DNA of 48,433 nucleotides from an uncultured Bacilli bacterium (GCA_944359025.1 CALVSM010000001.1:1-48433), one strand, 5' to 3'; numbered from the stretch's first letter, positions 19,146 to 28,214 are shown. Made by a program: numbers and translations. The notes: generated by a model from the letters alone, not told the origin.

Positions 19146-20599
19146 TTGTCACTTCCTATTCTATGGATATTTTTTTTATTGAAATATGTTGGTCGTGTTT
19201 TTATTTTTTGTTGAGGGAATCTAGTTAAAGAGTTTTTAAAATCTTTAAAACTAAGCGGAGATAAAGGGGCTAAATAAGGAGTTCCTAATACTTCGATACT
19301 ATTTAATTTAGTTAAGAAAATAATAAACAAAACGACGATTCCGACAATGCCAAATAGACAAGCTGCTAACATAAATAAGATTCGCCATATTCTAATAGCA
19401 TTAGTAATATCAGGATCATTAAATCCCATACCGGCTACAGCAGAAATTGAGATGACGATAACGACAATTGGCGATATAATTCCCGCAGAAACAGCTGCTT
19501 CTCCTAAAATTAAAGCGCCTACTATACTAATTGATGCTCCCATAATTTGCGGTTTTCTTGTATCGGCTTCTCTTAATATCTCGTAAGATATTACTAAAAT
19601 TAAAACTTCTATTATCGTAGGGAAGGGAACGCTATCCCGTTGAATAGAAAAAGATATAAGTAAAGTACTGGGGACCATTTCCATATTAAATGTTGTTACA
19701 GCGATATAAAAAGCAGGTATTAAAATAGCAATAAAAAAAGCAATATATCTTAAAATTCTAGTGAATGAGGCATTAAAAGGTTTAGTGTAATAATCTTCAG
19801 TTGATTTGAAAAAATCAGCGAATACAGTTGGTAATAATAAAACATATGGTGTGTTTTCCACAATAATAGCAATTTTACCATTTAATATTCCCATTGTTAC
19901 TAAATCTGGTCTTTCTGTAGAGATAACTCGTGGTAAAAAAGATTTTTGATTATTGCATAGCAGTTCTTTTATATAATTAGAATCAATTATGCCATCAATA
20001 TTAATTTTTTCTAGTTTTTGTTTTAATAAATTTACTTTTTCTTCATCAGCAATATCTTTAATATAACCAATTACAACTTTAGTTTTGGTTCTTCTGCCAA
20101 CTTTAGTCTCTTCAAAATAAAGATTAGGATCTTTAATTCTTTTTCTAATTAAACCCATATTAGCTAATATATTTTCGATAAAACAATCTTTAGGCCCTTT
20201 TAAGACTGGTTCACTAGTCGCTTCAGTGATACTTCGATCTAATAAAGCTTTAGTTTCTAAAGTGATTGCTTTATTGTAACCATCGATAAATACACAAGTA
20301 AAACCGCTTGCTAAATGATAAAAAATATCATCATAATTATTTATTATTTTTACTTTACTATTGGGAATAGTATTATTAATATGATTAAATAAATCTTCAA
20401 ATAAATTTTTTTTACTTCTTACACTAATACTTAAGCTTTTACCTAAGAAATTACTAATTTTGTCATCGTTAGCGACGCTTTCTAAAAACATAAAAGCTAC
20501 TTTTTGATTATGAATGTTGAAATATCGAACATTGATATCAGTACTATTACCATTTATTGTTTTAATATGATTAATTATTTTATCTAATTCTTGATCCAT
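19142..20599 (-). CDS. Spore germination protein, GerAA/GerKA family
   Basis: Soluble N-domain plus a C-terminal 5-TM region, typical of GerA A-subunits. RBS AGGTGA. It is the first gene of the A-C-B operon. Confidence 0.85.
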   Translation of the reverse strand: MDQELDKIINHIKTINGNSTDINVRYFNIHNQKVAFMFLESVANDDKISNFLGKSLSISVRSKKNLFEDLFNHINNTIPNSKVKIINNYDDIFYHLASGFTCVFIDGYNKAITLETKALLDRSITEATSEPVLKGPKDCFIENILANMGLIRKRIKDPNLYFEETKVGRRTKTKVVIGYIKDIADEEKVNLLKQKLEKINIDGIIDSNYIKELLCNNQKSFLPRVISTERPDLVTMGILNGKIAIIVENTPYVLLLPTVFADFFKSTEDYYTKPFNASFTRILRYIAFFIAILIPAFYIAVTTFNMEMVPSTLLISFSIQRDSVPFPTIIEVLILVISYEILREADTRKPQIMGASISIVGALILGEAAVSAGIISPIVVIVISISAVAGMGFNDPDITNAIRIWRILFMLAACLFGIVGIVVLFIIFLTKLNSIEVLGTPYLAPLSPLSFKDFKNSLTRFPQQKIKTRPTYFNKKNIHRIGSDK

Positions 20600-20684
20600 A
20601 AATTCACCTACTTTTTAATTATTATGAGTAATTTTTATAAAATTAATACATTTTATTGTATAATAAATTAAAAGAGGTTTAATT

Positions 20685-21113
20685 ATGAATTTAATGGATA
20701 AAATTTTAAACATAAAAAATGTCAATTATGAAGAATGTATTAAAAAAGCAATTCAAAAAACTAAAATAGAATTAAAAGATTTAGATGAAGAGAGAATGTG
20801 TTTTATTTATAGCAGTTATTTATATCAAAATTTATTAGAATTTCATTTATTAGCGCGTATTATTGATACTAAAGATTTGGGTTTTTCTTTTTCTCATCGC
20901 TTTGTTTTGGTATATGATAACAACTATTATTATTTATTAGATTTAACTTATAAACAATTTTTAAATAAAGATGCTCGATTTTTAAAATTATTAAAAGAAG
21001 GTTATCAAAAAATAAATAATGATGATTTTAATTATTATTTAAAAAATATTTTAACTAGTGAGTTTAAGAATAAAGATTTAGAAGATGCATTTTATTTTAA
21101 TAAAATTAAATAA
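20685..21113 (+). CDS. Hypothetical protein, possibly a minimal transglutaminase-like/papain-fold core
   Basis: Ordered Cys (RMCFIYSSYLYQNLLEFHLLARII), His (SHRFVLVY) and Asp (YLLDLT) resemble the transglutaminase-like C-H-D core spacing. The family call is tentative. Confidence 0.5.
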   Translation: MNLMDKILNIKNVNYEECIKKAIQKTKIELKDLDEERMCFIYSSYLYQNLLEFHLLARIIDTKDLGFSFSHRFVLVYDNNYYYLLDLTYKQFLNKDARFLKLLKEGYQKINNDDFNYYLKNILTSEFKNKDLEDAFYFNKIK

Positions 21114-21181
21114 TATATTTTCTTATAAGAAAATATAATTTAAAAAATAGATGTATATTTTCTTTTGAAAAAATATAATTT
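21114..21181. repeat. Two copies of a 28-nt palindromic motif, at 21114..21141 and 21154..21181
   Basis: Copy A is TATATTTTCTTATAAGAAAATATAATTT and contains the perfect 22-bp palindrome ATATTTTCTTATAAGAAAATAT. Copy B is TATATTTTCTTTTGAAAAAATATAATTT, with 3 mismatches. Copy B abuts the -35 of the downstream promoter. Confidence 0.6.
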
Positions 21182-21208
21182 GACAAAATGTGAAAAGTAT
21201 AGTATTAT
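21180..21208 (+). promoter_or_regulatory. Sigma-A-type promoter (TTGACA - 17 nt - TATTAT) for the AAA ATPase gene
   Basis: TTGACA at 21180..21185, a 17-nt spacer, TATTAT at 21203..21208, then RBS GGTGA and ATG 21226. Confidence 0.6.
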
Positions 21209-21225
21209 TAAATTGGTGATTATTT

Positions 21226-22428
21226 ATGATAAAAAGGGAAAAATATTTAACAAAAATTAGAGAATTTTATGATATTGACTTAATTAAGGTAATTACTGGA
21301 ATTAGAAGATGTGGGAAATCAATTTTATTAAAACAAATTATCGAAGAATTAAAAGAAAAAGGAATCGATAATAATCAAATAATTTATATTAATTTTGAAG
21401 ATGTTGAATATGCCTTTATTAAAGACTACCTAGATTTGAATAAATATGTCAAAGAAAAAATAAAAAATTCTTCTAAACATTATTTATTTTTTGATGAAAT
21501 TCAAATGGTAAATGATTGGGAGAAAGCTATTAACTCATTTAAAGCCACTTTAAATGTTTCTATTTTTGTTACTGGATCTAATTCTAAATTATTATCAGGA
21601 GAATTAGCAACTCTTTTATCAGGACGATATGTTGCTTTTAATTTAGCGCCTTTTTCTTTTGAAGAGGTAATTCAATACAAAAATATAACTGATAAACAAG
21701 AAATAGAGATAGCATTTAATGATTATTTGTTGTGGGGTGGGATGCCACAGCGTTTTGACCTACCAAGTGAAGAAGCTACTAAAATATATTTAATGGATGT
21801 TTTTGATGCAATTGTTTTAAAGGATATTGTAAGAAGGCATAATATAAAAAATGTTAATATATTTAAAAGAATAATGGAGTATTTAGTAACTAATCCTAGT
21901 CAAACATTTTCTCCGACTAATATGATTAAAGAATTTACTAAAGAGCAAATTCCTATTTCGGCTAAAACTATTTATGATTGTTTAGAATATGCTTTAGAAG
22001 CTTTATTAATGAATAAAATATCTACCTATGATGTAAGGGGCAAAAGAATTTTAACCCGTAAAGATAAATATTATTTGACTGATTTAGGTTTAGGGCAAAT
22101 TCTAAATATTAATAAAAAAACGCAGTTTGGAGCTTATTTAGAAAATATTGTCTATAATGAATTGATTTATCGAGGATATGATGTAAGTATCGGTAATAAT
22201 AATGGTAAAGAAATTGATTTTGTAGCTACTAAATATAATCAAAAGGAATATTACCAAGTTACTTATACTTTGGCTAATGAAGAGACAGAAAAAAGGGAAT
22301 TTTCTGCATTTGATGATATTAAAGACAATTATCCTAAATATGTTATTTCAACTGATAAGTTAGATTATTCGCAAAATGGTATTATCCATAAAAATATAAT
22401 TGATTGGTTATTGAAAGAAGAAAGTTGA
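21226..22428 (+). CDS. AAA_14 ATPase with a C-terminal DUF4143 (PD-(D/E)xK-like) domain, COG1373 type
   Basis: Walker A GIRRCGKS, Walker B HYLFFDEIQ, and a C-terminal GKEIDFV...YYQV nuclease-like motif. Confidence 0.8.
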   Translation: MIKREKYLTKIREFYDIDLIKVITGIRRCGKSILLKQIIEELKEKGIDNNQIIYINFEDVEYAFIKDYLDLNKYVKEKIKNSSKHYLFFDEIQMVNDWEKAINSFKATLNVSIFVTGSNSKLLSGELATLLSGRYVAFNLAPFSFEEVIQYKNITDKQEIEIAFNDYLLWGGMPQRFDLPSEEATKIYLMDVFDAIVLKDIVRRHNIKNVNIFKRIMEYLVTNPSQTFSPTNMIKEFTKEQIPISAKTIYDCLEYALEALLMNKISTYDVRGKRILTRKDKYYLTDLGLGQILNINKKTQFGAYLENIVYNELIYRGYDVSIGNNNGKEIDFVATKYNQKEYYQVTYTLANEETEKREFSAFDDIKDNYPKYVISTDKLDYSQNGIIHKNIIDWLLKEES

Positions 22429-22436
22429 TGTTTTAA

Positions 22437-22913
22437 ATGAAAAAAATTTTAAACATAGGTTATATTATATTATTTTTATTTTTAATTTTAATGTTGTATT
22501 TAGAATATGATAATTATAAAAACTTAAATTTTAAAATTGACGCTAGAAATTATTCTAATGAAATAGAAAAGTTAAAAAATAATCTTAATATTATTAGTAA
22601 TTATGATATTGATAATCATGAATTAACAGTAACAATAAATAGGTGTCAAAATAGTATAAAATATAAAGATATATTAAATAAGGATTTTATTACTATTGCC
22701 GATATTTATTATATTAATCAAAATAGTGCTAGTGGAGTATGTAATGGTATGAATTATGGTATCGAAAATTCATATGAAAAGAAAAATGTTGATTTGAATC
22801 AATATATAAATATATATAACGATAAAAATATCGAAGAATCATTAAAAATAACATTAAATAATGAAATAAATATAACATCAGCTTTTATAGAAATGGTGGA
22901 AAGTTATGAATAA
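22437..22913 (+). CDS. Membrane-anchored hypothetical protein (158 aa)
   Basis: Single N-terminal TM helix and an Asn/Ile/Lys-rich ectodomain. It starts 8 nt after the ATPase stop. Confidence 0.5.
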   Translation: MKKILNIGYIILFLFLILMLYLEYDNYKNLNFKIDARNYSNEIEKLKNNLNIISNYDIDNHELTVTINRCQNSIKYKDILNKDFITIADIYYINQNSASGVCNGMNYGIENSYEKKNVDLNQYINIYNDKNIEESLKITLNNEINITSAFIEMVESYE

Positions 22914-23583
22914 GTTTAATTTAATCTTAAATTTTATCGTTGTTATTGGTTTATTTATTATCGATGGTTTGACTGGCAGTATTTTAGGACTATTTTCGGT
23001 TACTTTATTGTTATTATTGCCTAAAATTAGAGGAATATTGTTGGATAAAGAGATTAATTCTAATTTTATGTATGAAATATTAGAATTTTTAATAAATATA
23101 TATTTGATATTTATAATTTTAAGAGCATTATTTGATAACTCATTAAATTTTAATAATTTTAATGTTTTTACTTATAATTATATGGTTATTCGCCTATTAT
23201 TAATAAATTTATTATTAATACTATTAAATTTATTATTAGTTAAAAATCATAATATAAAAAATAAAATTAATGTGGATGATTTTAAGTTTGGTTATGGGAT
23301 ATTTTTTATATCTTTACTGGGCATGTATTTTTCTTTTACTAGATATTCCAATTTTAATATGATTGTTAAGTTGATTTTTTGTATTTTAAGTATTTATTTT
23401 TATTTTAAATTATTTGAATCGTTAAAATATAAAGAAAGTGGATTCTTTTTCGCTTTAATGATAGCTATTTTGGGAATATTGTTAAGTAATGAACTATTAA
23501 TATTAGGATTTATAAGGTTTTTCGCAGTAACTTATAAACACGATAAAATAATTTTGTCGAATAAAAAAAATAATATTAGATGA
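22906..23583 (+). CDS. Polytopic membrane protein of unknown function (225 aa)
   Basis: About 6 hydrophobic segments, RBS GGTGGA, and an 8-nt overlap with the preceding ORF. Confidence 0.55.
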   Translation: MNKFNLILNFIVVIGLFIIDGLTGSILGLFSVTLLLLLPKIRGILLDKEINSNFMYEILEFLINIYLIFIILRALFDNSLNFNNFNVFTYNYMVIRLLLINLLLILLNLLLVKNHNIKNKINVDDFKFGYGIFFISLLGMYFSFTRYSNFNMIVKLIFCILSIYFYFKLFESLKYKESGFFFALMIAILGILLSNELLILGFIRFFAVTYKHDKIILSNKKNNIR

Positions 23584-23614
23584 AAATTCTAATATTTTTT
23601 ATTAGGTGATAATA

Positions 23615-26176
23615 ATGGGACTAACGGATAATGAAGTGATTGAATCAAGAAAGAAGTTTGGTTCTAATATAATAAATTCAAGTAAGAGAAATAGTTTTAT
23701 AAAACAATATATTGCAACTTTAGGTGACCCAATTATTAGAATTTTATTAATTGCTTTGGGTATTAAAACCGTTTTTTTAATTCAAAGTTTTGATTGGTAT
23801 GAAACAGTAGGAATCGTTATTGCTATTTTTTTGGCTTCTTTTATTTCGACAGTTAGTGAATATGGTAGCGAGAAAGCTTTTGAAAAATTACAAGAAGAAT
23901 CTTCAAAAATAAAATGTCGAGTATTAAGAAATAATAAAATTGAAGAAGTTGATATCGAAGATGTTGTTGTTGGGGATATTGTATTATTGGAATCTGGCGA
24001 CAAGATTCCAGCTGATGGTGAGATTATCGAAGGAGAGATTAGTGTTGATGAGTCTAGTTTGACAGGTGAAACAAAAGAAGTATATAAAAATATAGAAGAA
24101 AAACTAGTTTTTAGAGGAACAATTGTTTATTCTAAACAAGCTAAAATGATTGTTACTAAAGTTGGCGATAATACTTTTTATGGAGCAATTTCAAAAGAAT
24201 TACAACAAGAGCAACCCGAAAGTCCACTTAAATTAAGATTAAGAAAATTAGCGCAAATAATTAGTAAAATTGGTTATATTGGAGCTTTTTTGGTTTTTAT
24301 TTCTTATTTATTTTCGGTTATTTTTATAAAAAATAATTTTAATATTGATTTAATTAAAGAAACAGTCACTAATTTACCGTTAATAAGTGGTCATATTTTA
24401 TATGCTTTAACTTTATGTGTAACGGTAATCGTAGTAGCAGTTCCCGAAGGATTGCCGATGATGATTACCTTAGTTTTATCTTCCAATGTTAAAAGAATGC
24501 TTAAAAATAATGTTTTGGTTAGAAAGTTAACAGGAATAGAGACAGCTGGAAGTATTAATATTTTATTTAGTGATAAAACAGGAACAATTACTAAAGGTAA
24601 TTTAGAAGTAACTCATTTTTTAGATAGTGATTTAAAAAAATATGATAGTTTTGATAAAATTGATAGTAATTTAAAAGAAATAGCTTTAATTTCGTTAGTA
24701 TATAACAATGCAAGTTGTTATGATAAAGATAAAATTATCGGAGGAAATATTACGGATCGAGCTATTTTAAAATTTACTAATATTAAAAATAAAAGTAATT
24801 ATGATATTATCGATACTGTTCCTTTCGATAGTAAAAATAAATACTCTTCGACTACAATTAAATATAAAAATGAAAATGTTTATTTAATTAAGGGAGCTCC
24901 TGAAGTTATTTTAAAAAAATGTGAATTTTATTTTGATAAGGAAGGCAATAAAAAGTTTTTAAAAAAGAAGTTAATTATTGAAGATAATTTAAAAAAATTA
25001 ACTAAAGAAGGTAATCGAATAATAGCTTTTGCATCTTCTATGGAACATACTAAAAATTTAACTTTAGTTGGTTTTGTTTTAATAAAAGATGAAATTAGAA
25101 AAGAAGCCTTTGAAGGTATTGACTTAGTAAAAAAAGCTTCGATTCAAACCGTTATGGTAACTGGTGATAATAAATTAACTGCTTTAGCTATTGCTAAAGA
25201 AGTTGGTCTATATCAAGATGGCGATTTAATTTTAACTAGTGATGAGATGAAAAATATGTCTGATGAGAAGTTAAAAGAAGTTTTGCCGAAATTAAGAGTG
25301 GTAGCTAGGGCGATTCCTCAAGATAAAAGTAGATTAGTTAGAATTAGTCAAGAATTAGATTTAGTAGTTGGAATGACGGGGGATGGCGTTAATGATGCTC
25401 CAGCTTTAAAAAGAGCCGATGTTGGTTTTGCTTTTGGTTCTGGTACGGAAGTTGCTAAAGAAGCTAGTGAAATCGTTATTTTAGATAATAATTTTTTATC
25501 GATAGCTAAAGCAATTTTATTTGGTCGAACTATTTTTAAAAGTATTCGTAAATTTATAATTTTTCAACTAACAGTTAATATATGTGCAGTAAGTTTATCG
25601 ATAATAGGGCCTTTTATTGGTGTAGATACCCCAGTTACAGTTATTCAAATGTTGTGGATAAATATGGTAATGGATACTTTAGCGGCTTTAGCTTTCTCTT
25701 TTGAAGCACCTTTAAAAGAATATATGTGCGAATTACCGAAAAAAAGAGATGAACCAATTATTAATCAATATATGAAAGATGAAATATTATTTACGGGAAT
25801 TTATTCAACTTTAATTTGTATTTTATTTTTAAAGTTACCTATTTTTCATCAGTTATTTAGAAGTGGTGAACAATATCTTTTAACTGCTTTCTTCGGTTTG
25901 TTTATATTTATTAGTATATTTAATAGTTTCAATGCGAGAACTCATCGTTTAAATTTATTGTCACATTTAAGTTTAAATAAAGCTTTTATATTTATTATTA
26001 GTTTTATTGTTATTGTACAAATTCTATTAATTTATTTTGGTGGGAATTTATTTAGAACTTCAGGCCTTACTTTCTTTGAATTTCAAATTATGTTTTGGTT
26101 AAGTTTTACAGTTGTACCAGTTGATTTTTTAAGAAAGATTTATTTAAGAAAAAAAGGAATAATTGGTGGTGTATAA
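23615..26176 (+). CDS. Calcium-type (P2A-like) cation-transporting P-type ATPase
   Basis: DKTGTIT phosphorylation site, PEGLP, TGDN and GDGVNDAPAL motifs. ATG 23615 is preferred, with AGGTG 7 nt upstream. Confidence 0.9.
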   Translation: MGLTDNEVIESRKKFGSNIINSSKRNSFIKQYIATLGDPIIRILLIALGIKTVFLIQSFDWYETVGIVIAIFLASFISTVSEYGSEKAFEKLQEESSKIKCRVLRNNKIEEVDIEDVVVGDIVLLESGDKIPADGEIIEGEISVDESSLTGETKEVYKNIEEKLVFRGTIVYSKQAKMIVTKVGDNTFYGAISKELQQEQPESPLKLRLRKLAQIISKIGYIGAFLVFISYLFSVIFIKNNFNIDLIKETVTNLPLISGHILYALTLCVTVIVVAVPEGLPMMITLVLSSNVKRMLKNNVLVRKLTGIETAGSINILFSDKTGTITKGNLEVTHFLDSDLKKYDSFDKIDSNLKEIALISLVYNNASCYDKDKIIGGNITDRAILKFTNIKNKSNYDIIDTVPFDSKNKYSSTTIKYKNENVYLIKGAPEVILKKCEFYFDKEGNKKFLKKKLIIEDNLKKLTKEGNRIIAFASSMEHTKNLTLVGFVLIKDEIRKEAFEGIDLVKKASIQTVMVTGDNKLTALAIAKEVGLYQDGDLILTSDEMKNMSDEKLKEVLPKLRVVARAIPQDKSRLVRISQELDLVVGMTGDGVNDAPALKRADVGFAFGSGTEVAKEASEIVILDNNFLSIAKAILFGRTIFKSIRKFIIFQLTVNICAVSLSIIGPFIGVDTPVTVIQMLWINMVMDTLAALAFSFEAPLKEYMCELPKKRDEPIINQYMKDEILFTGIYSTLICILFLKLPIFHQLFRSGEQYLLTAFFGLFIFISIFNSFNARTHRLNLLSHLSLNKAFIFIISFIVIVQILLIYFGGNLFRTSGLTFFEFQIMFWLSFTVVPVDFLRKIYLRKKGIIGGV

Positions 26177-26423
26177 AAAAAACAGAAATTATTTTTTCTG
26201 CTTTATCAACACTTTATAATCGGTATTTTTAGCTGGTGAATCTAATATAAGCATCTCATCACCGGCTTTTTTTGTTTCTTCAAATGTTTCTTTAATATGT
26301 TCACGCCATTTTTCTAAACTTGGTTGATTAAACATCAAATATTGTTGTGAGAAGTGAGTACAATTACATAAAACGATAAAGAAATTTTTATTTTCTTCGT
26401 TAGATTTTTTAATAATTAAGGTT
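26176..26423. repeat. Direct repeat copy 1 (248 bp, 246/248 identical to 27967..28214)
   Basis: Base-by-base comparison at offset 1791. The only mismatches are 26346 T vs 28137 C and 26404 A vs 28195 C. Confidence 0.95.
26189..26423 (-). pseudogene. Displaced 3' fragment (codons 142-218) of the 218-aa gene at 27980..28636
   Basis: It lies within repeat copy 1. There is no start codon, and an in-frame TAG sits three codons upstream of the junction. It carries two nonsynonymous differences from the intact gene (A148S, R167Q). Confidence 0.85.
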
Positions 26424-26568
26424 ACACACTATAATAAAAATTTAATTGCTTTTAACTTTATACATTTTTAATAAAAAGAAAAATAGGGCTCCATCAGTTA
26501 AGACAGTGCCCTTGCAAAAATGATTTAACATTTTTTCCTTGCATAGATAATATAGCATATATTTTTAC

Positions 26569-27576
26569 CTATGTCAAACTATTTTGGTCAATATTTACAT
26601 TATATTGATTTTGAATTATTTTATCAAAATAACTATATATTGATTTTAATAGTTCATTATTATTATAGTATTCTTTATGTATAATTATTCGTTTATAAAA
26701 TAAATTATTAATTTCATTAGCAATATTTTTTTTAATACCTAAACTAGTTACAACTTCGTTAAACATATATAATGTATAAGTTATTTGTCTTATTCTTGAA
26801 TTACTTAATTTATTATCTCTAGTTTCTTTTTTAATTTTACAATTGTTTAAGTAATTAATTATCTTATAATCTGGATTATATGTATTGTCTTTTCTGTCTA
26901 AATCACATAAAACGCAAGAATTATGTGCTACTGCATTTCTCAGTTTTACTATGTCCCTCAAAATAAATACATTTTTAAGTTCGTTTTTTAGTTTGTATTC
27001 TTTGGAAAAAAATTCATAAAAATTTACTAGTTCGCCAAATGTTATTATTTCAAGAAATTCCCAAATGGGTATATTATCTAATTTTTTATCTTTATCAATA
27101 TCATATTTAGAAAATATTTTATTATAGTATTCACTTCCTACTTTTTTAAATATACTATTATGTACTTTTTTGGGGAATTTTTCATCATTGAAATCTTTTT
27201 CGAGGTATAGATTAACTATTTTATATCCATCCTCTTCGAGGATATTTTCAATTAAATTTAATATTCTTATTTTTAAATAATGTTCAATGTTGATTATTAT
27301 TTTAAATAATAATAATCTAACTCTGTAATCAATAATTGCTAAATCTTTAAGATACGCAAAATCTAAATTAATATATTTATCGATAAATTTACCATCAATA
27401 AAATATCTTTCAAAATTATGTTTATAAGAGGTTAAATTATAATAGTTATTATTATCTCTTAAATATTTTTCTGCTTCTGCCTCTGTTATTATTTCAAATT
27501 TAATATTTTTATTTTTAAGATAAGGGACCATTTCACTGATTTTCATCATAGGTCTTTTTTCATTTACTATCATCAT
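26569..27576 (-). CDS. Abi_2-family (AbiD/AbiF-like) abortive-infection protein with a HEPN Rx4H motif
   Basis: DFAYLKDLAIIDYRVRLLLFKIIINIEHYLK, WEFLEIITFGELVNFYEF and LRNAVAHNS (an Rx4H motif) match the Abi_2 layout. RBS GGGAG lies upstream of ATG 27576. Confidence 0.8.
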   Translation of the reverse strand: MMIVNEKRPMMKISEMVPYLKNKNIKFEIITEAEAEKYLRDNNNYYNLTSYKHNFERYFIDGKFIDKYINLDFAYLKDLAIIDYRVRLLLFKIIINIEHYLKIRILNLIENILEEDGYKIVNLYLEKDFNDEKFPKKVHNSIFKKVGSEYYNKIFSKYDIDKDKKLDNIPIWEFLEIITFGELVNFYEFFSKEYKLKNELKNVFILRDIVKLRNAVAHNSCVLCDLDRKDNTYNPDYKIINYLNNCKIKKETRDNKLSNSRIRQITYTLYMFNEVVTSLGIKKNIANEINNLFYKRIIIHKEYYNNNELLKSIYSYFDKIIQNQYNVNIDQNSLT

Positions 27577-27966
27577 ATCACTCCCTAAATACTAAAAGAT
27601 ATTATAACAACATTATGGCATATATTATTTTAGAACAAATAGTTTAATATTTACTAAATCAATATACTTTTCCATTTTTTCATCACTTGTTAGTTAATTA
27701 TATCACGCGAACATATATTTGTAAATGTTTTTTCTATGATTTAATTATTTTCGCAATTTTTTATATAAAAAATAACTAATATTAAAATAAATATGCGTTT
27801 TTCATATTCTAAATGCAAAGTAAAAAAAGTTATTAATAAAGATATAATGAATAATATAAATCATAATAATTTTAATGGTCGTACTATTTTTAAATATATA
27901 AATTGCAATGTTAGAATGTATCTTATTGCGATTAAAGTTGATTATTAATTTTATTTTCTATTGGTT

Positions 27967-27991
27967 AAAAAAACAGAAATTATTTTTTCTG
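27967..27991 (-). terminator. Hairpin terminator of the 218-aa gene. A duplicate at 26176..26200 directly follows the ATPase stop.
   Basis: CAGAAA-TTATTT-TTTCTG with a 7-8 nt A run on the plus strand, which is a T run for the minus-strand transcript. Confidence 0.55.
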
Positions 27992-28214
27992 CTTTATCAA
28001 CACTTTATAATCGGTATTTTTAGCTGGTGAATCTAATATAAGCATCTCATCACCGGCTTTTTTTGTTTCTTCAAATGTTTCTTTAATATGTTCACGCCAT
28101 TTTTCTAAACTTGGTTGATTAAACATCAAATATTGTCGTGAGAAGTGAGTACAATTACATAAAACGATAAAGAAATTTTTATTTTCTTCGTTAGCTTTTT
28201 TAATAATTAAGGTT
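27967..28214. repeat. Direct repeat copy 2 (248 bp), forming the functional 3' end and terminator of the 218-aa gene
   Basis: See copy 1. Confidence 0.95.

Larger units (their letters stand above)
26424..28214. mobile_element. Putative inserted cassette: a 1543-bp insert carrying one abi gene, plus one copy of the 248-bp repeat. No recombinase is present.
   Basis: Deleting this span, or equivalently 26176..27966, restores a simple convergent ATPase / 218-aa gene arrangement sharing one terminator. Confidence 0.5.

Noticed and set aside
27577-27966. Possible type III toxin-antitoxin style tandem RNA repeats (as in ToxI or the AbiQ antitoxin RNA) upstream of the abi gene.
   Set aside because: I found no tandem repeat of about 30-40 nt, only scattered short TTGC(A/G)AT-like words of the kind expected in AT-rich DNA.
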